DNA of 32,000 bases, from assembly GCA_964505715.1 (NCBI GenBank), contig CAZDJE010000012.1:24568-56567 (forward strand), in the 5' to 3' direction. Below the pieces are notes generated by a model, which searched no databases, had not been told where the DNA came from, and saw nothing but the letters and a program-made list of their open reading frames with translations. Every line of letters begins with the position of its first letter. The stretch's first letter is position 1. Below are positions 1 through 9,629 of the stretch, piece after piece. The translations under genes and the position numbers were made by a program. This stretch comes from an uncultured Desulfocapsa sp. Its GTDB lineage: Bacteria; Desulfobacterota; Desulfobulbia; Desulfobulbales; Desulfocapsaceae.

Positions 1-1093
1 TCAGGCCTATTTTGATGCCACGGACCGAAAAGAACAGTACCTGGCTCAGAATTTCAAAACCGTGGATCTCGACTTTCAGCATCGTTTCCAGTTCCTGGAG
101 CAGCACGATCTGATCTGGGGCCTCGGATATCGAAATGTGAGTGACGATTTTACAAACACCTACATGATTGGAATTGTTCCGGAACAGGAGACCAGCGAGC
201 TATTCAGCGGCTTTATCCAGGACGAAATCAGCCTGTTTGACGACAGGGTCCGTTTTACTCTGGGTACAAAAATAGAACACAACGACTTCACCGGTGTGGA
301 AATCCAGCCCAGTGCCCGCCTTCTCTGGAGCGTAAACAGTGCCCATAAACTCTGGACCTCGATTTCACGGGCAGTACGCACCCCTTCCCGGATAGAAGAT
401 TCTGGACGTATTGTCCTGGGACCCATTCCCGTCCCTCCCTACCCGAAGATTAAGGTCTATGGTAATTCGGAGATGGAATCGGAAGAGCTTATCGCCTATG
501 AGGCGGGATACCGCTTTTCCCAGGGGAGTAACTTTTCCCTGGATACGACAGTCTTCTACAATGATTACAGCAAATTGCTCGACTACTCGTACGCCGACAT
601 GCTCAACGTTTACTTTATCAACGGTATGAGCGGACACAGCTACGGTCTGGAGCTCAGCGGCCGCTGGAGACCGGTTTCCTGGATAAGCGCTGAATTAAAC
701 TACAGTTTTATTGAACTTTCGATGGACCCCTTATCTCCGGCGGCTGGCAGATTTTCCATCAGCGATATTATTGCCGAGAATTCAACCCCCCAGCATCAAA
801 TATCCCTGCGTTCCTCCTTTGACCTCAGTGAAACCGTTCGCCTGAATGTCTGGGCGCGTTATGTCGATAAAGTGAAGATTGCCGGCCAAGCTGCCTACTC
901 TGCTGGAATTGAAGTTGATCAACATGTGGCACTGGATGTCAATATAGCCTGGAAGGTGACAGAGACCCTGGAACTGATGCTGGCTGGACAAAACCTGCTG
1001 GAGTCTAATCATCTGGAATTTGTTAACGAGTATTTCGTCCCGCCAACTGAAGTGGGACAGAGCTTCTATTGTAAGTTAACCTGGGAATTTTAA
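1..1093 (+). CDS. TonB-dependent outer-membrane receptor, C-terminal part (5' end lies upstream of the window)
   Basis: The frame starting at base 2 is open from the window edge (QAYFDATDRKEQYLAQNFKT...), so the listed ORF start at 62 is an internal GTG. The sequence has a beta-barrel-like alternating pattern rich in Y/F/G/S/N. It ends ...FYCKLTWEF, with the terminal aromatic Phe typical of TonB-dependent receptor barrels. Confidence 0.8.
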   Translation, partial: QAYFDATDRKEQYLAQNFKTVDLDFQHRFQFLEQHDLIWGLGYRNVSDDFTNTYMIGIVPEQETSELFSGFIQDEISLFDDRVRFTLGTKIEHNDFTGVEIQPSARLLWSVNSAHKLWTSISRAVRTPSRIEDSGRIVLGPIPVPPYPKIKVYGNSEMESEELIAYEAGYRFSQGSNFSLDTTVFYNDYSKLLDYSYADMLNVYFINGMSGHSYGLELSGRWRPVSWISAELNYSFIELSMDPLSPAAGRFSISDIIAENSTPQHQISLRSSFDLSETVRLNVWARYVDKVKIAGQAAYSAGIEVDQHVALDVNIAWKVTETLELMLAGQNLLESNHLEFVNEYFVPPTEVGQSFYCKLTWEF

Positions 1094-1109
1094 AGAGAAC
1101 CGCACCCCT

Positions 1110-1658
1110 GTGAAACAGACCTTTCTCCTCATCATGCTGGCCGTCTCTCTCGGTCTGGCCGCCGCCTCGCCTGCGCAGAGCGGTGAATCTCCTTCTGAGA
1201 CCAGGCTGAAGGCCGCCTATCTGTACAACTTTGCCAAGTTTATCCACTGGCCCGAGGAGAGCTTTGCCAATACAGAGTCGCCCCTAATCATCGGGGTGCT
1301 GGGAGCAACGCCCCTTGCCAAGGAACTGCCCCCCCTGACTGCACGAAAAGTGAGAAACAGAGCGATTGAAATCCGGCAGTTTGACAAAGTTGAAGAAGCA
1401 ACCGGATGCCACATTCTCTACATCAGTCCTTCATTTAACAAGGGGTTGCGGCCAGCCCTTGAACAACTCAGTACCAAACCCATAGTTACGGTTGGAGACC
1501 AGGGGAATTTTACCGCTCTCGGCGGAGTCATACAATTTGTAACTCGAAGAGATCGTCTCCGTTTTATCATACATCTTGCAGTTGCCAGAGAAAACAGTAT
1601 CAAAATAGACGCACAGCTGCTCTCCCTTGCTGTCGAGGTTGTCGGGAGAGAAAAATGA
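1110..1658 (+). CDS. YfiR-family (DUF4154) periplasmic protein
   Basis: N-terminal signal peptide ([19 protein letters not shown]). The block [16 protein letters not shown] and the size of about 180 aa are characteristic of DUF4154/YfiR. Its stop overlaps the next gene's start (ATGA at 1655-1658). The start could instead be the ATG at 1134. Confidence 0.75.
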   Translation: MKQTFLLIMLAVSLGLAAASPAQSGESPSETRLKAAYLYNFAKFIHWPEESFANTESPLIIGVLGATPLAKELPPLTARKVRNRAIEIRQFDKVEEATGCHILYISPSFNKGLRPALEQLSTKPIVTVGDQGNFTALGGVIQFVTRRDRLRFIIHLAVARENSIKIDAQLLSLAVEVVGREK

Positions 1659-4450
1659 GAAACGTTTTTAAAAAGCTGCCGATAAAACACAAACTGAACA
1701 GCATCATCCTCGGTGTCTGTTTCCTAGTCCTTATCCTCACCTTTGCTGTCACCTTCGCTAGTCAGTGGTTTCTCTACAGAGCAAATGCACTGGCTGAACT
1801 GCAGACTCTAGCCAAAGTAATCGGAAAGAACAGCACCGCCGGCCTGCTTTTTCAGGATGTTGAGGCACTGGAAAAAACTCTGCAGGCCTTGAGAAATAAG
1901 AAAACAGTTACCTGCTCCCGTATCCTGCAGCCGGATGGAATAAGCCTTGCTACATTTTCCCAGGGCTCACAGTATCCGACTCGCCATGAGTATAAACTCG
2001 ACGACCCTGAACTGCTCAAAAATGGCCACCTCTTCGACGAACAGCATATCGAGCTCCTCCAGCCCATCCTGCTCGATGGAGAAGAAATCGGCTCGATTTA
2101 TCTGCAGGCCAATATGGATGATCTTTACGAAAACATGTTCCAGGTGGGACAATTCCTGCTCCTTATCCTTACTGGCGGCCTGATTCTTGCTGCATTCCTG
2201 GCAAATCGCCTCCAGGGTTTTATTACCAATCCTGTTGTCAGCATGGCCCAAACAATCAGGCAGGTCACAGAGAACAAAAATTACAGCCTCCGCGTTGAAC
2301 GGAGTAGCGAAGATGAAGTAGGGCAGCTGGCCCTTGGCTTTAATAAGATGCTCAGCAAAATACAGCAACGGGACAAGTATCTTGAGGAACAGGTACAGCA
2401 GCGTACCATTGAGCTGCAAAAGGCGATGGATGAAGCCATTGTCTTGGCCGAACAGGCACAGGACGCCAGCCAGGCGAAATCACAGTTCCTCGCCAATATG
2501 AGCCATGAGATCCGCACCCCTATGAACGGAATCCTCGGAATGGCAGAAATGGCTATGGACAGAGAACTGGATCAAGAATTGCGCCATTCCATTGAAACAA
2601 TTATGAGTTCGGGTGAATCCCTGCTTACCATCATTAATGATATTCTCGACTTTTCAAAAATCGAAGCGGGAAAACTGAAACTGGAGGCCATACACTTTCA
2701 CCTGCCGTCACTACTGGATGATGTCGCTAAAATACTGGCCCACCGAGCACACGCCAAGGGACTGGAATTAATAGTCGATGTCCCTGACACTGTTCCTCCA
2801 TATACCACCGGTGATCCCAGTCGTCTTCGCCAAATTCTGGTCAACCTCCTTGGAAATGCCATCAAATTTACTGATCAGGGCGAAGTCCTGTTACAACTGG
2901 CCCTGATGAGTGAGACGAAAGAAACCGCTGCTCTCCGCTTTTCTGTGCGAGATACAGGGATAGGTATCAGTGAAGAAGAGCGGCTGACCTTATTTCAGCC
3001 CTTTTCCCAGGCGGACGATTCGACCACCCGTAAATATGGTGGAACCGGTCTTGGGCTCGCCATTTCCAGACAACTGGTGGAGATAATGGGGGGAGCAATC
3101 AACTGCAACAGCCAAGCTGGCAATGGTTCCGAATTCTGGCTGGACGTTACCCTGGAGAAGGCATCGGGGACTCAGGTTGTCACCGAGGCCCGGCTGAAGG
3201 CACTCTCTGGCCTAAGAGCCATCATTATCGATGACAATGCTACTAACCGCAGGCTGCTGAACAGTCAGCTGGCTCGGTGGAACATACAGACTACCAGCGC
3301 TGCCGGCGGCATTGAAGGTTTGGCGCTTATGCACCAGGCAGTCGCCGAGGACGCTCCTTTTGATCTGGCCATACTGGATATGAATATGCCGGATATGGAT
3401 GGTCTTGAGGTCGCACGCCTGATTAAAAAAGATACGGCCCTTCGGGAGGTTCGCCTGGTTATGCTGACCTCAGTCGGTATTCGCGGCGATGCTACACTGG
3501 CCAGGGAAGCGGGAATCAAAATATACCTGACCAAACCGGTTCCCCGCCTTGATCTCTATAATACCCTGGTTGCCCTAATGAAAGGAGAAGCGCATAGCAG
3601 CGATCAACTTATCACCCGCTACAATCTCGGGCAAGAGCTGAAACAGTTCAATGCCAATGTACTGGTGGCAGAAGATAATATCACCAATCAGCAGGTGGCC
3701 ATAGGAGTGTTACGTAAACTCGGCTGTACGGTGGATCTGGTCATGAATGGAGAGGAAGCCGTACGCTCTTTTGAGAGCAGGCCCTTTGATATTGTCTTTA
3801 TGGACTGCCAGATGCCGCGTATGGATGGATATGAGGCAACTGCTGCAATCCGGCTTCTTGAGGATGTTTCCGATGGGACTGAGCGCACACCCATCATCGC
3901 CCTGACTGCCAATGCCCTCACCGGGGACAGGGATAAGTGTGTTGCCGCCGGTATGGATGATTATGTGAGTAAACCTTTTAGGATAGGACAAATTGAAAAG
4001 GTACTCAGTAGATGGTTATCAAAAGAGACATGGCAAAATGAATCCCCTCCAACAGGAGAAGAAGTCTCGCCTACAATATCCACTGACCTAGTAGAAGAAA
4101 ATTCCCTGGACACCAAAGCTCTGGAAGGTATTCGGGCCCTGCAGAGCGAAGGTGAGCCGGATATTCTCACCCGTATCATCACCCTCTACTTGAGCGATAC
4201 TCCCAAACAGCTGGACAAATTATATAAGGCCATACACAGTGAGGATGCAGGGGAGGTCCGCTCCCTTGCCCACAGTTTGAAGTCCAGTTCTGCCAACATC
4301 GGAGCCCTTTCCCTGTCCGTCTTATTCAAGGAAATCGAGCATAAAGGCCACAGCAACTCCCTTCAGGGAAGCATGGAACTCTTCGTAGCGGCCCAGAAGC
4401 AATACCAGAAAATTGTTGAGCCACTGCGTTCCGAAATGGTGATACTATGA
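1655..4450 (+). CDS. Hybrid sensor histidine kinase: TM/CHASE8-like periplasmic domain, HAMP, HisKA, HATPase_c, REC, REC, Hpt
   Basis: Two TM segments flank a periplasmic region of about 140 aa, followed by HAMP ([12 protein letters not shown]). H-box [20 protein letters not shown] boxes [27 protein letters not shown]. Two receiver domains ([11 protein letters not shown] and [11 protein letters not shown]). C-terminal Hpt motif [12 protein letters not shown]. Confidence 0.9.
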   Translation: MRNVFKKLPIKHKLNSIILGVCFLVLILTFAVTFASQWFLYRANALAELQTLAKVIGKNSTAGLLFQDVEALEKTLQALRNKKTVTCSRILQPDGISLATFSQGSQYPTRHEYKLDDPELLKNGHLFDEQHIELLQPILLDGEEIGSIYLQANMDDLYENMFQVGQFLLLILTGGLILAAFLANRLQGFITNPVVSMAQTIRQVTENKNYSLRVERSSEDEVGQLALGFNKMLSKIQQRDKYLEEQVQQRTIELQKAMDEAIVLAEQAQDASQAKSQFLANMSHEIRTPMNGILGMAEMAMDRELDQELRHSIETIMSSGESLLTIINDILDFSKIEAGKLKLEAIHFHLPSLLDDVAKILAHRAHAKGLELIVDVPDTVPPYTTGDPSRLRQILVNLLGNAIKFTDQGEVLLQLALMSETKETAALRFSVRDTGIGISEEERLTLFQPFSQADDSTTRKYGGTGLGLAISRQLVEIMGGAINCNSQAGNGSEFWLDVTLEKASGTQVVTEARLKALSGLRAIIIDDNATNRRLLNSQLARWNIQTTSAAGGIEGLALMHQAVAEDAPFDLAILDMNMPDMDGLEVARLIKKDTALREVRLVMLTSVGIRGDATLAREAGIKIYLTKPVPRLDLYNTLVALMKGEAHSSDQLITRYNLGQELKQFNANVLVAEDNITNQQVAIGVLRKLGCTVDLVMNGEEAVRSFESRPFDIVFMDCQMPRMDGYEATAAIRLLEDVSDGTERTPIIALTANALTGDRDKCVAAGMDDYVSKPFRIGQIEKVLSRWLSKETWQNESPPTGEEVSPTISTDLVEENSLDTKALEGIRALQSEGEPDILTRIITLYLSDTPKQLDKLYKAIHSEDAGEVRSLAHSLKSSSANIGALSLSVLFKEIEHKGHSNSLQGSMELFVAAQKQYQKIVEPLRSEMVIL

Positions 4451-6219
4451 GTGACAGGAGGGAACTCCAGCCCCCTCTTGTTCAGATCGTTGATGACGAT
4501 TTTCCCACCCGTCTGCTGATGCGGGCGAGTCTTGAGAAAGCCGGATTCAGAGTAGCTGAGGCAGAGGATGGCCTAGCAGCCATAGCTGTATTTGAAGATC
4601 TGCAGCCGGATATCATCCTCCTTGACGTCATGATGCCGAAGTTAGATGGTTTTGAAACCTGTCTGGCCATTCGCAAGCTTCCAGGCGGGAAACACACCCC
4701 AATACTTATGGTCACGGGTCTTGACGATCTTGAGTCGATTGACCGTTCTTTTGAGTCAGGAGCTACTGACTTTATCAGCAAACCGATAAACTGGCCAGTA
4801 TTGAGCTATCGAGTCAAATATATGCTGCGGGCCAGTGAAGCCTTTTTTGATGTTGTCGATCAACGGAGACAGATCCAGCACCTGGCCTTTTTCGATCACC
4901 TCACCGGCCTGGCCAATCGGACCATGTTCAAAGACTCCCTGAAGATAGCTCTTGCCGAAAAGGCTGGTGAAGAGAGCCAGCTGGCTGTGCTCTTCCTGGA
5001 CCTGGATCGTTTCAAGGTGATCAACGATACCCTTGGTCACCATATCGGAGACATCCTGTTGAAAAACGTCGCAGAGAGAATCTCCAGCTCTATACGTAAT
5101 TCAGATATTTTCAGCCGTCTCAAAAGAGACGAAACAAGAAATTATATCTCACGACTAGGAGGGGATGAATTTACCATTATGCTTCCCCATATCAACAAAC
5201 CTGAGGATGCCAGCAAGGTTGCACAGCGAATCAACCACTCTCTGGCCCAGCCTTTTGAAATAGAAGGGAACGAACTCTATATTTCAGCCAGTATCGGGAT
5301 CTCGATTTTTCCGCTCGATGGAAACGATGCTGAAGTGTTGATGAAGAACGCCGACCTTGCCATGTATCATGCCAAGGAAAAGGGGAAAAATGGATTTCAG
5401 TTCTATAAAAAGTCCCTCAATATTAAAGCGAAAAAACGTCTTGATCTGGAAACTGATATCCGTAAGGCGGTTACAAACGAAGAATTTGAACTCTGGTATC
5501 AGCCACAGGTCGATATGACCAATGGTCAAATTGTCGGGTGCGAGAGCCTTACACGCTGGCACCACCCTATACGGGGAACTGTTTCCCCCATAGAATTTAT
5601 CCCTTCCATCGAAGAGCTCGGCCTGATTGTTCCTTTCACGGATTGGCTTATCCTTCACGCAGCCAGGCAGCAGCAGATCTGGCGCAGAGCCGGACTTCCT
5701 CCGATTCGGGTGGCGATCAACATCTCCAGCAAGCAGTTTTTGGAGCAGGAACTCCCTACAAAACTGCGACGGGCCATGGATAGCAGTAATCTTCCGTCTC
5801 ACTGTTTTGAGGTAGAAATAACCGAAAGCGTGATGGCCGAAAACCCTAAAAAAACTGCTGCTATTCTAGGGGATCTCAAGAAGATGGGTATGAGTATCTC
5901 TGTGGATGACTTTGGCACCGGCTACTCATCCCTGCTCTATCTGAAAAACTTTCCCATCAACTCCATTAAAATTGATCGCTTCTTTGTCAAGGACATCCTC
6001 AATAGCCGGCAGGATACAGCCATCGTCAATGCAATTATTGTTATGGCCAAAAGCCTGAAGATGACGACCATTGCAGAGGGGATTGAGACCCGCGAACAGT
6101 TCAGGATTCTTCGCGAGATGGGGTGTGATATCGGCCAGGGATATTTTTTCAGCCCACCAATTCCTGAAGATGCTTTGGCAAAACTCCTGCAGGAGAATGT
6201 ATCCTTAGTCAATAGGTGA
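4447..6219 (+). CDS. Response regulator with REC-GGDEF-EAL domains (c-di-GMP turnover)
   Basis: REC domain (VQIVDDD..., [14 protein letters not shown]). GGDEF domain with an intact RLGGDEF motif and no RxxD I-site five residues upstream. EAL domain with [32 protein letters not shown] and QGYFFSPP all present. ATGA start/stop overlap with the upstream kinase. Confidence 0.9.
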   Translation: MSDRRELQPPLVQIVDDDFPTRLLMRASLEKAGFRVAEAEDGLAAIAVFEDLQPDIILLDVMMPKLDGFETCLAIRKLPGGKHTPILMVTGLDDLESIDRSFESGATDFISKPINWPVLSYRVKYMLRASEAFFDVVDQRRQIQHLAFFDHLTGLANRTMFKDSLKIALAEKAGEESQLAVLFLDLDRFKVINDTLGHHIGDILLKNVAERISSSIRNSDIFSRLKRDETRNYISRLGGDEFTIMLPHINKPEDASKVAQRINHSLAQPFEIEGNELYISASIGISIFPLDGNDAEVLMKNADLAMYHAKEKGKNGFQFYKKSLNIKAKKRLDLETDIRKAVTNEEFELWYQPQVDMTNGQIVGCESLTRWHHPIRGTVSPIEFIPSIEELGLIVPFTDWLILHAARQQQIWRRAGLPPIRVAINISSKQFLEQELPTKLRRAMDSSNLPSHCFEVEITESVMAENPKKTAAILGDLKKMGMSISVDDFGTGYSSLLYLKNFPINSIKIDRFFVKDILNSRQDTAIVNAIIVMAKSLKMTTIAEGIETREQFRILREMGCDIGQGYFFSPPIPEDALAKLLQENVSLVNR

Positions 6220-6224
6220 TAAAG

Positions 6225-6527
6225 ATGTGGGCTGCTCCGGAAAAACCATGGGAGAAGCTTGTAGGACAGATATTTCTTGGAAGCGATGATTTTACTTCAG
6301 GAATGCAGAAGGTGTTATCTGGGAAACAACAAATCAAAGAAATCCCCAAGACCCAACGATATTTAGATCGTCCGCTTTGAACAGATTTTTTTGCATCGCA
6401 AGTCCCAAAAAACACACGGAAACAAAACAATCTGTCCTTATCAGCCTATTTTTCATATGGCTATTCGATGAAAGAGATTGGATATTGTTTAGAGATTTAT
6501 TACAGTACTGCGAGTCGGATTTTATAG
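6225..6527 (+). pseudogene. C-terminal remnant of an IS200-like / REP-associated tyrosine transposase family gene (HTH tail), with 5' truncation and an in-frame stop
   Basis: A single frame reads MWAAPEKPWEKLVGQIFLGSDDFTSGMQKVLSGKQQIKEIPKTQRYLDRPL*TDFFASQVPKNTRKQNNLSLSAYFSYGYSMKEIGYCLEIYYSTASRIL*. From memory, this matches the conserved tail of COG1943-type transposases (PWE.L..QIFLGSD.FV..MQ...EIPR.QR...PL..YF...AY..G.YSM.EIA..FG..YSTVSR). The N-terminal catalytic two-thirds is absent, and a TGA at 6378-6380 interrupts the frame. Confidence 0.5.
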
Positions 6528-6618
6528 AAAAGTGAATAATACTATTGTATTTCAAAATCCGCCCCCTAGGTAGTTAGTTAGATAATTAAAAAAGCCCCCT
6601 TCAAGTCCGAGTATCCTC

Positions 6619-8055
6619 ATGACAACAACACTTTACTGGCACGATTATGAAACATGGGGTGCTGACCCCAGAAGAGACCGTCCTGCACAGTTCGCAGGAA
6701 TCCGGACCGATATCAATTTAAATCCCATTGGGAAACCCATGTCCTGTTATTGCAAACCGGCGCTCGACATACTCCCCCAGCCAGAGGCCTGTCTTATCAC
6801 GGGGATAACGCCCCAGGCAGCAATGGAAGAAGGACTCTGCGAAGCCGAATTTATGACTGAAATCCATCGGGAACTTATGCAACCCGGTACCTGCGGAGTA
6901 GGCTATAACAGTATTCGGTTTGATGACGAATTCACTCGTTACGGATTGTATCGCAATTTTTTTGATCCCTACGCACGGGAATGGCGAAACGGTAATTCTC
7001 GCTGGGATATCATTGATATGCTGCGTCTTACCCATGCCCTGCGCCCGGATGGAATCAACTGGCCAACAAGGGATGATGGCACCACAAGTTTCAAGCTCGA
7101 AGATTTAACAAAGGCAAATGGTATCGCCCATAAAGGAGCCCATGATGCTCTCTCCGATGTCTATGCCACCATTGACTTGGCACGTCTTGTCCGCGACCGC
7201 CATCCTAAATTGTATAACTACCTTTTTGATATGCGTGACAAACGCAAGGTGGGAAACAGTATAAATCTGCGGGAGCAACCGGTTGTTCTCCATGTTTCCT
7301 CCATGTATCCCCCCAAACAGGGTTGCATCTCCCCGGTAATCCCACTCGCTGCTCACCCAGGCAATAAAAACGGTATTATTGTTTATGATTTACGCCACGA
7401 TCCCGAGCCGCTGCTTACGCTTTCAGTGGAAGAGATTCAAAACAGATTATTTGTCCGAAGCAAGGATTTACCCGAGGGAGTAGAACGCATCCCGCTTAAA
7501 ACCATCCACCTCAACAAATGTCCGGTGGTAGTTCCGATGAATACCCTTACCCCGGAGGCAGCGGAGCGCTGGAGTATCAATCTGAAAAAGGTAGACACAT
7601 ATGCTGAACAGCTCAGAGGAAAAATAGACGTAAGCCAGAAGCTGCAGCAGGTACACGAAAAACAGGATTTTGCTCCCATAACTGATCCCGATCAGAACCT
7701 CTATGGGGGTGGTTTTTTCTCCGACGGAGACCGATCGCTGATGGATAATATCCACGACATGTCTGTTGAGGATCTGGCAAAGACCCGCATCAATTTTGAT
7801 GATCCGCGCCTGCCTGAGATGCTGTTTCGGTTCCGTGCCAGAAACTGGCCCCATTCTCTGTCACAGGAAGAACGGGTGCGTTGGAATGACTTCCGCAGCA
7901 ACCGTATTACTAATCCCGATGCTGATTGCGGCATAACTCTTTCCGAGTACCGCCAACAGCTGGCGAAGATGGTGATACAACCGGAGAGAACCGAAGAAGA
8001 TCGAAAAATTCTTTCCGCTCTTGCAGACTGGCCGACGGTACTTGATCTCCCATAG
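6619..8055 (+). CDS. sbcB: Exodeoxyribonuclease I
   Basis: The N-terminus TLYWHDYETWGADPRRDRPAQFAGIRTD closely parallels E. coli SbcB (FLFHDYETFG..DRPAQFAAIRTD). DEDDh exonuclease motifs are present (GYNSIRFDDE, HDALSDV). The length of about 478 aa fits. Confidence 0.9.
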   Translation: MTTTLYWHDYETWGADPRRDRPAQFAGIRTDINLNPIGKPMSCYCKPALDILPQPEACLITGITPQAAMEEGLCEAEFMTEIHRELMQPGTCGVGYNSIRFDDEFTRYGLYRNFFDPYAREWRNGNSRWDIIDMLRLTHALRPDGINWPTRDDGTTSFKLEDLTKANGIAHKGAHDALSDVYATIDLARLVRDRHPKLYNYLFDMRDKRKVGNSINLREQPVVLHVSSMYPPKQGCISPVIPLAAHPGNKNGIIVYDLRHDPEPLLTLSVEEIQNRLFVRSKDLPEGVERIPLKTIHLNKCPVVVPMNTLTPEAAERWSINLKKVDTYAEQLRGKIDVSQKLQQVHEKQDFAPITDPDQNLYGGGFFSDGDRSLMDNIHDMSVEDLAKTRINFDDPRLPEMLFRFRARNWPHSLSQEERVRWNDFRSNRITNPDADCGITLSEYRQQLAKMVIQPERTEEDRKILSALADWPTVLDLP

Positions 8056-8220
8056 AAAAAGCAAATCAGTTACCGTATTGAGAGTCTCCACACCCGCGTA
8101 CAATCAGTATTGTTGTTCAACGTTGAAATAAATGGAATACTATTCGACTAAACAGCTCTGTGAAAAGAATGACATAAGGCGGGTTTTCAAACCGATGGTT
8201 TGTAAAATTGGGCTCATTCA

Positions 8221-9300
8221 TCACATGTCGCCAAGTAATGTATAGATGACCTGCTGCCCCTTCCCCTTCATCTCAATACTGTGTCCATTGCTAAAACGAA
8301 ATGTATCTTTCAGCAATTCATAGCTAGCACTTGATACATTTATCTCCATGGGTTGCGCCGACTTTTCCATTCTGGCCGAAATATTCACAGTATCTCCAAA
8401 TATATCATACAGATACTTCTCAGTCCCGACCACCCCCCCGACCACAGGACCACTATTGATCCCGATTCGAACCTGCCAGGATAGTCTGGCTGTCTGATTT
8501 CTCTTATGGAGAAAATCTATCATTTTCATTGCCGCCCGGCCAACGTGAACAGCATGATCTAAATCATCCATGGGAACGCCACTGACAAAGAGATACGCGT
8601 CTCCAATGGTCTTCATACGTTCACAATTACAATCATGGGTTATCTCATCAAAAACTGTGAAAATCTCATTCAGCTCATGGATAAGCACCTCTGGAGCAAG
8701 CTTGGATGAGGCAGCGGTAAACCCCACAATATCGGTAAAACACACCGTCGTTTCTGGAAAGAGTTGCGGGACACATGTGCCCGTGGAGAGCAGTTCTTGC
8801 ACAATGGGTTCCGGAAGGACATGACAGAGCAAACGTTCCGACTTCTGCTTCTCGGCAATCAATTGCTGATTTTTTTCCTCAAGTTTCTGCTGCAGATGAT
8901 GAATTCGAAGATGAGTGCGTACCCTTAACAACACTTCTGACGGTTGAAAAGGTTTGGTAATATAATCAATTCCTCCCACCTCAAACCCTTCAATTTTATC
9001 CCTTGGAGAATCGAGAGTGGATATAAAAATAACAGGAATGTGCATTGTGCGCGCATTACTCTTCAGCCACCTGCACACATCGTAACCATCAATTCCAGGC
9101 ATGATAATATCGAGTAAAATCAAATCCGGCAAAGATTCCCGAACAGATTTAATTCCAAGCTCCCCGCTATCAGCGGTCAGCACAGAGTAATTTTTCTTTA
9201 CAAGAAGTCTGACCAGGAGTTTCTGGAAAACCGGAGAATCCTCGACTATTAGTATGGTTGGTGGCATAGACATTCTTTCAAAGAGTTCATAGTGATACAA
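8221..9300 (-). CDS. Response regulator receiver fused to a class III adenylate/guanylate cyclase domain
   Basis: REC domain (ILIVEDSP, LLDIIMPGIDG, ITKP), then a coiled linker, then a CYCc domain with the metal-binding Asp motifs FTDIVGFT and KTIGDAYL plus GINSGPVVGGVVG. The listed start at 9300 is TTG. The ATG at 9273 (MSMPPTILIVED) is an equally plausible start. Confidence 0.85.
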   Translation of the reverse strand: MYHYELFERMSMPPTILIVEDSPVFQKLLVRLLVKKNYSVLTADSGELGIKSVRESLPDLILLDIIMPGIDGYDVCRWLKSNARTMHIPVIFISTLDSPRDKIEGFEVGGIDYITKPFQPSEVLLRVRTHLRIHHLQQKLEEKNQQLIAEKQKSERLLCHVLPEPIVQELLSTGTCVPQLFPETTVCFTDIVGFTAASSKLAPEVLIHELNEIFTVFDEITHDCNCERMKTIGDAYLFVSGVPMDDLDHAVHVGRAAMKMIDFLHKRNQTARLSWQVRIGINSGPVVGGVVGTEKYLYDIFGDTVNISARMEKSAQPMEINVSSASYELLKDTFRFSNGHSIEMKGKGQQVIYTLLGDM

Positions 9301-9629
9301 ATAGTGTTCATTCCTTCGATAACACAGGGTATAACAATCATTTCCCCATCAGCAATAAGAATATCAGGGAAATACAATAAATACTACCATTAGCAGAAAA
9401 GCTTCCTTCCTTTTTCCTTTCCTGTAAGAGCACCTATTTATAAGGTGACGGACTAAATCTCCAAAAGTCCTAGTATAACTAAATCTCTACAAATCAAGTA
9501 ACGGAATAGTATCATTCTTCGTCCCAAAAAGAAAAATGAACTTGGCTCGAATGTAAATACATGATTTAATAGTTTAGAAACTTGAACTTATCAGGAATTG
9601 TTATTATTTCTAAGAATTACTAAAACCCT

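Noticed and set aside
5284-5802. 172-aa ORF on the - strand
   Set aside because: It is antisense to the well-supported GGDEF-EAL coding region and has no motifs. It is a shadow ORF. The same reasoning applies to the - strand ORFs inside the hybrid kinase (for example 1967-2419).
6378-6380. In-frame TGA codons (here and at 26803-26805) as possible selenocysteine or stop-codon recoding
   Set aside because: Both occur in genes with additional lesions (truncation, frameshifts). Intact genes in the window terminate normally at TGA (for example the YfiR-like gene, the hybrid kinase, livM and livH). Plain nonsense mutations in pseudogenes is the simpler reading.
8056-8220. Possible bidirectional terminator between the convergent sbcB and cyclase genes (CAAACC-GATG-GGTTTG near 8188-8203)
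   Set aside because: The stem is only 6 bp with imperfect flanking T/A runs. This is below what I would call with confidence.
9301-9629. Possible riboswitch (for example c-di-AMP or c-di-GMP class) in the leader of the K+ channel gene
   Set aside because: The region is AT-rich with no GC-rich paired segments or conserved riboswitch core motifs recognisable by eye.
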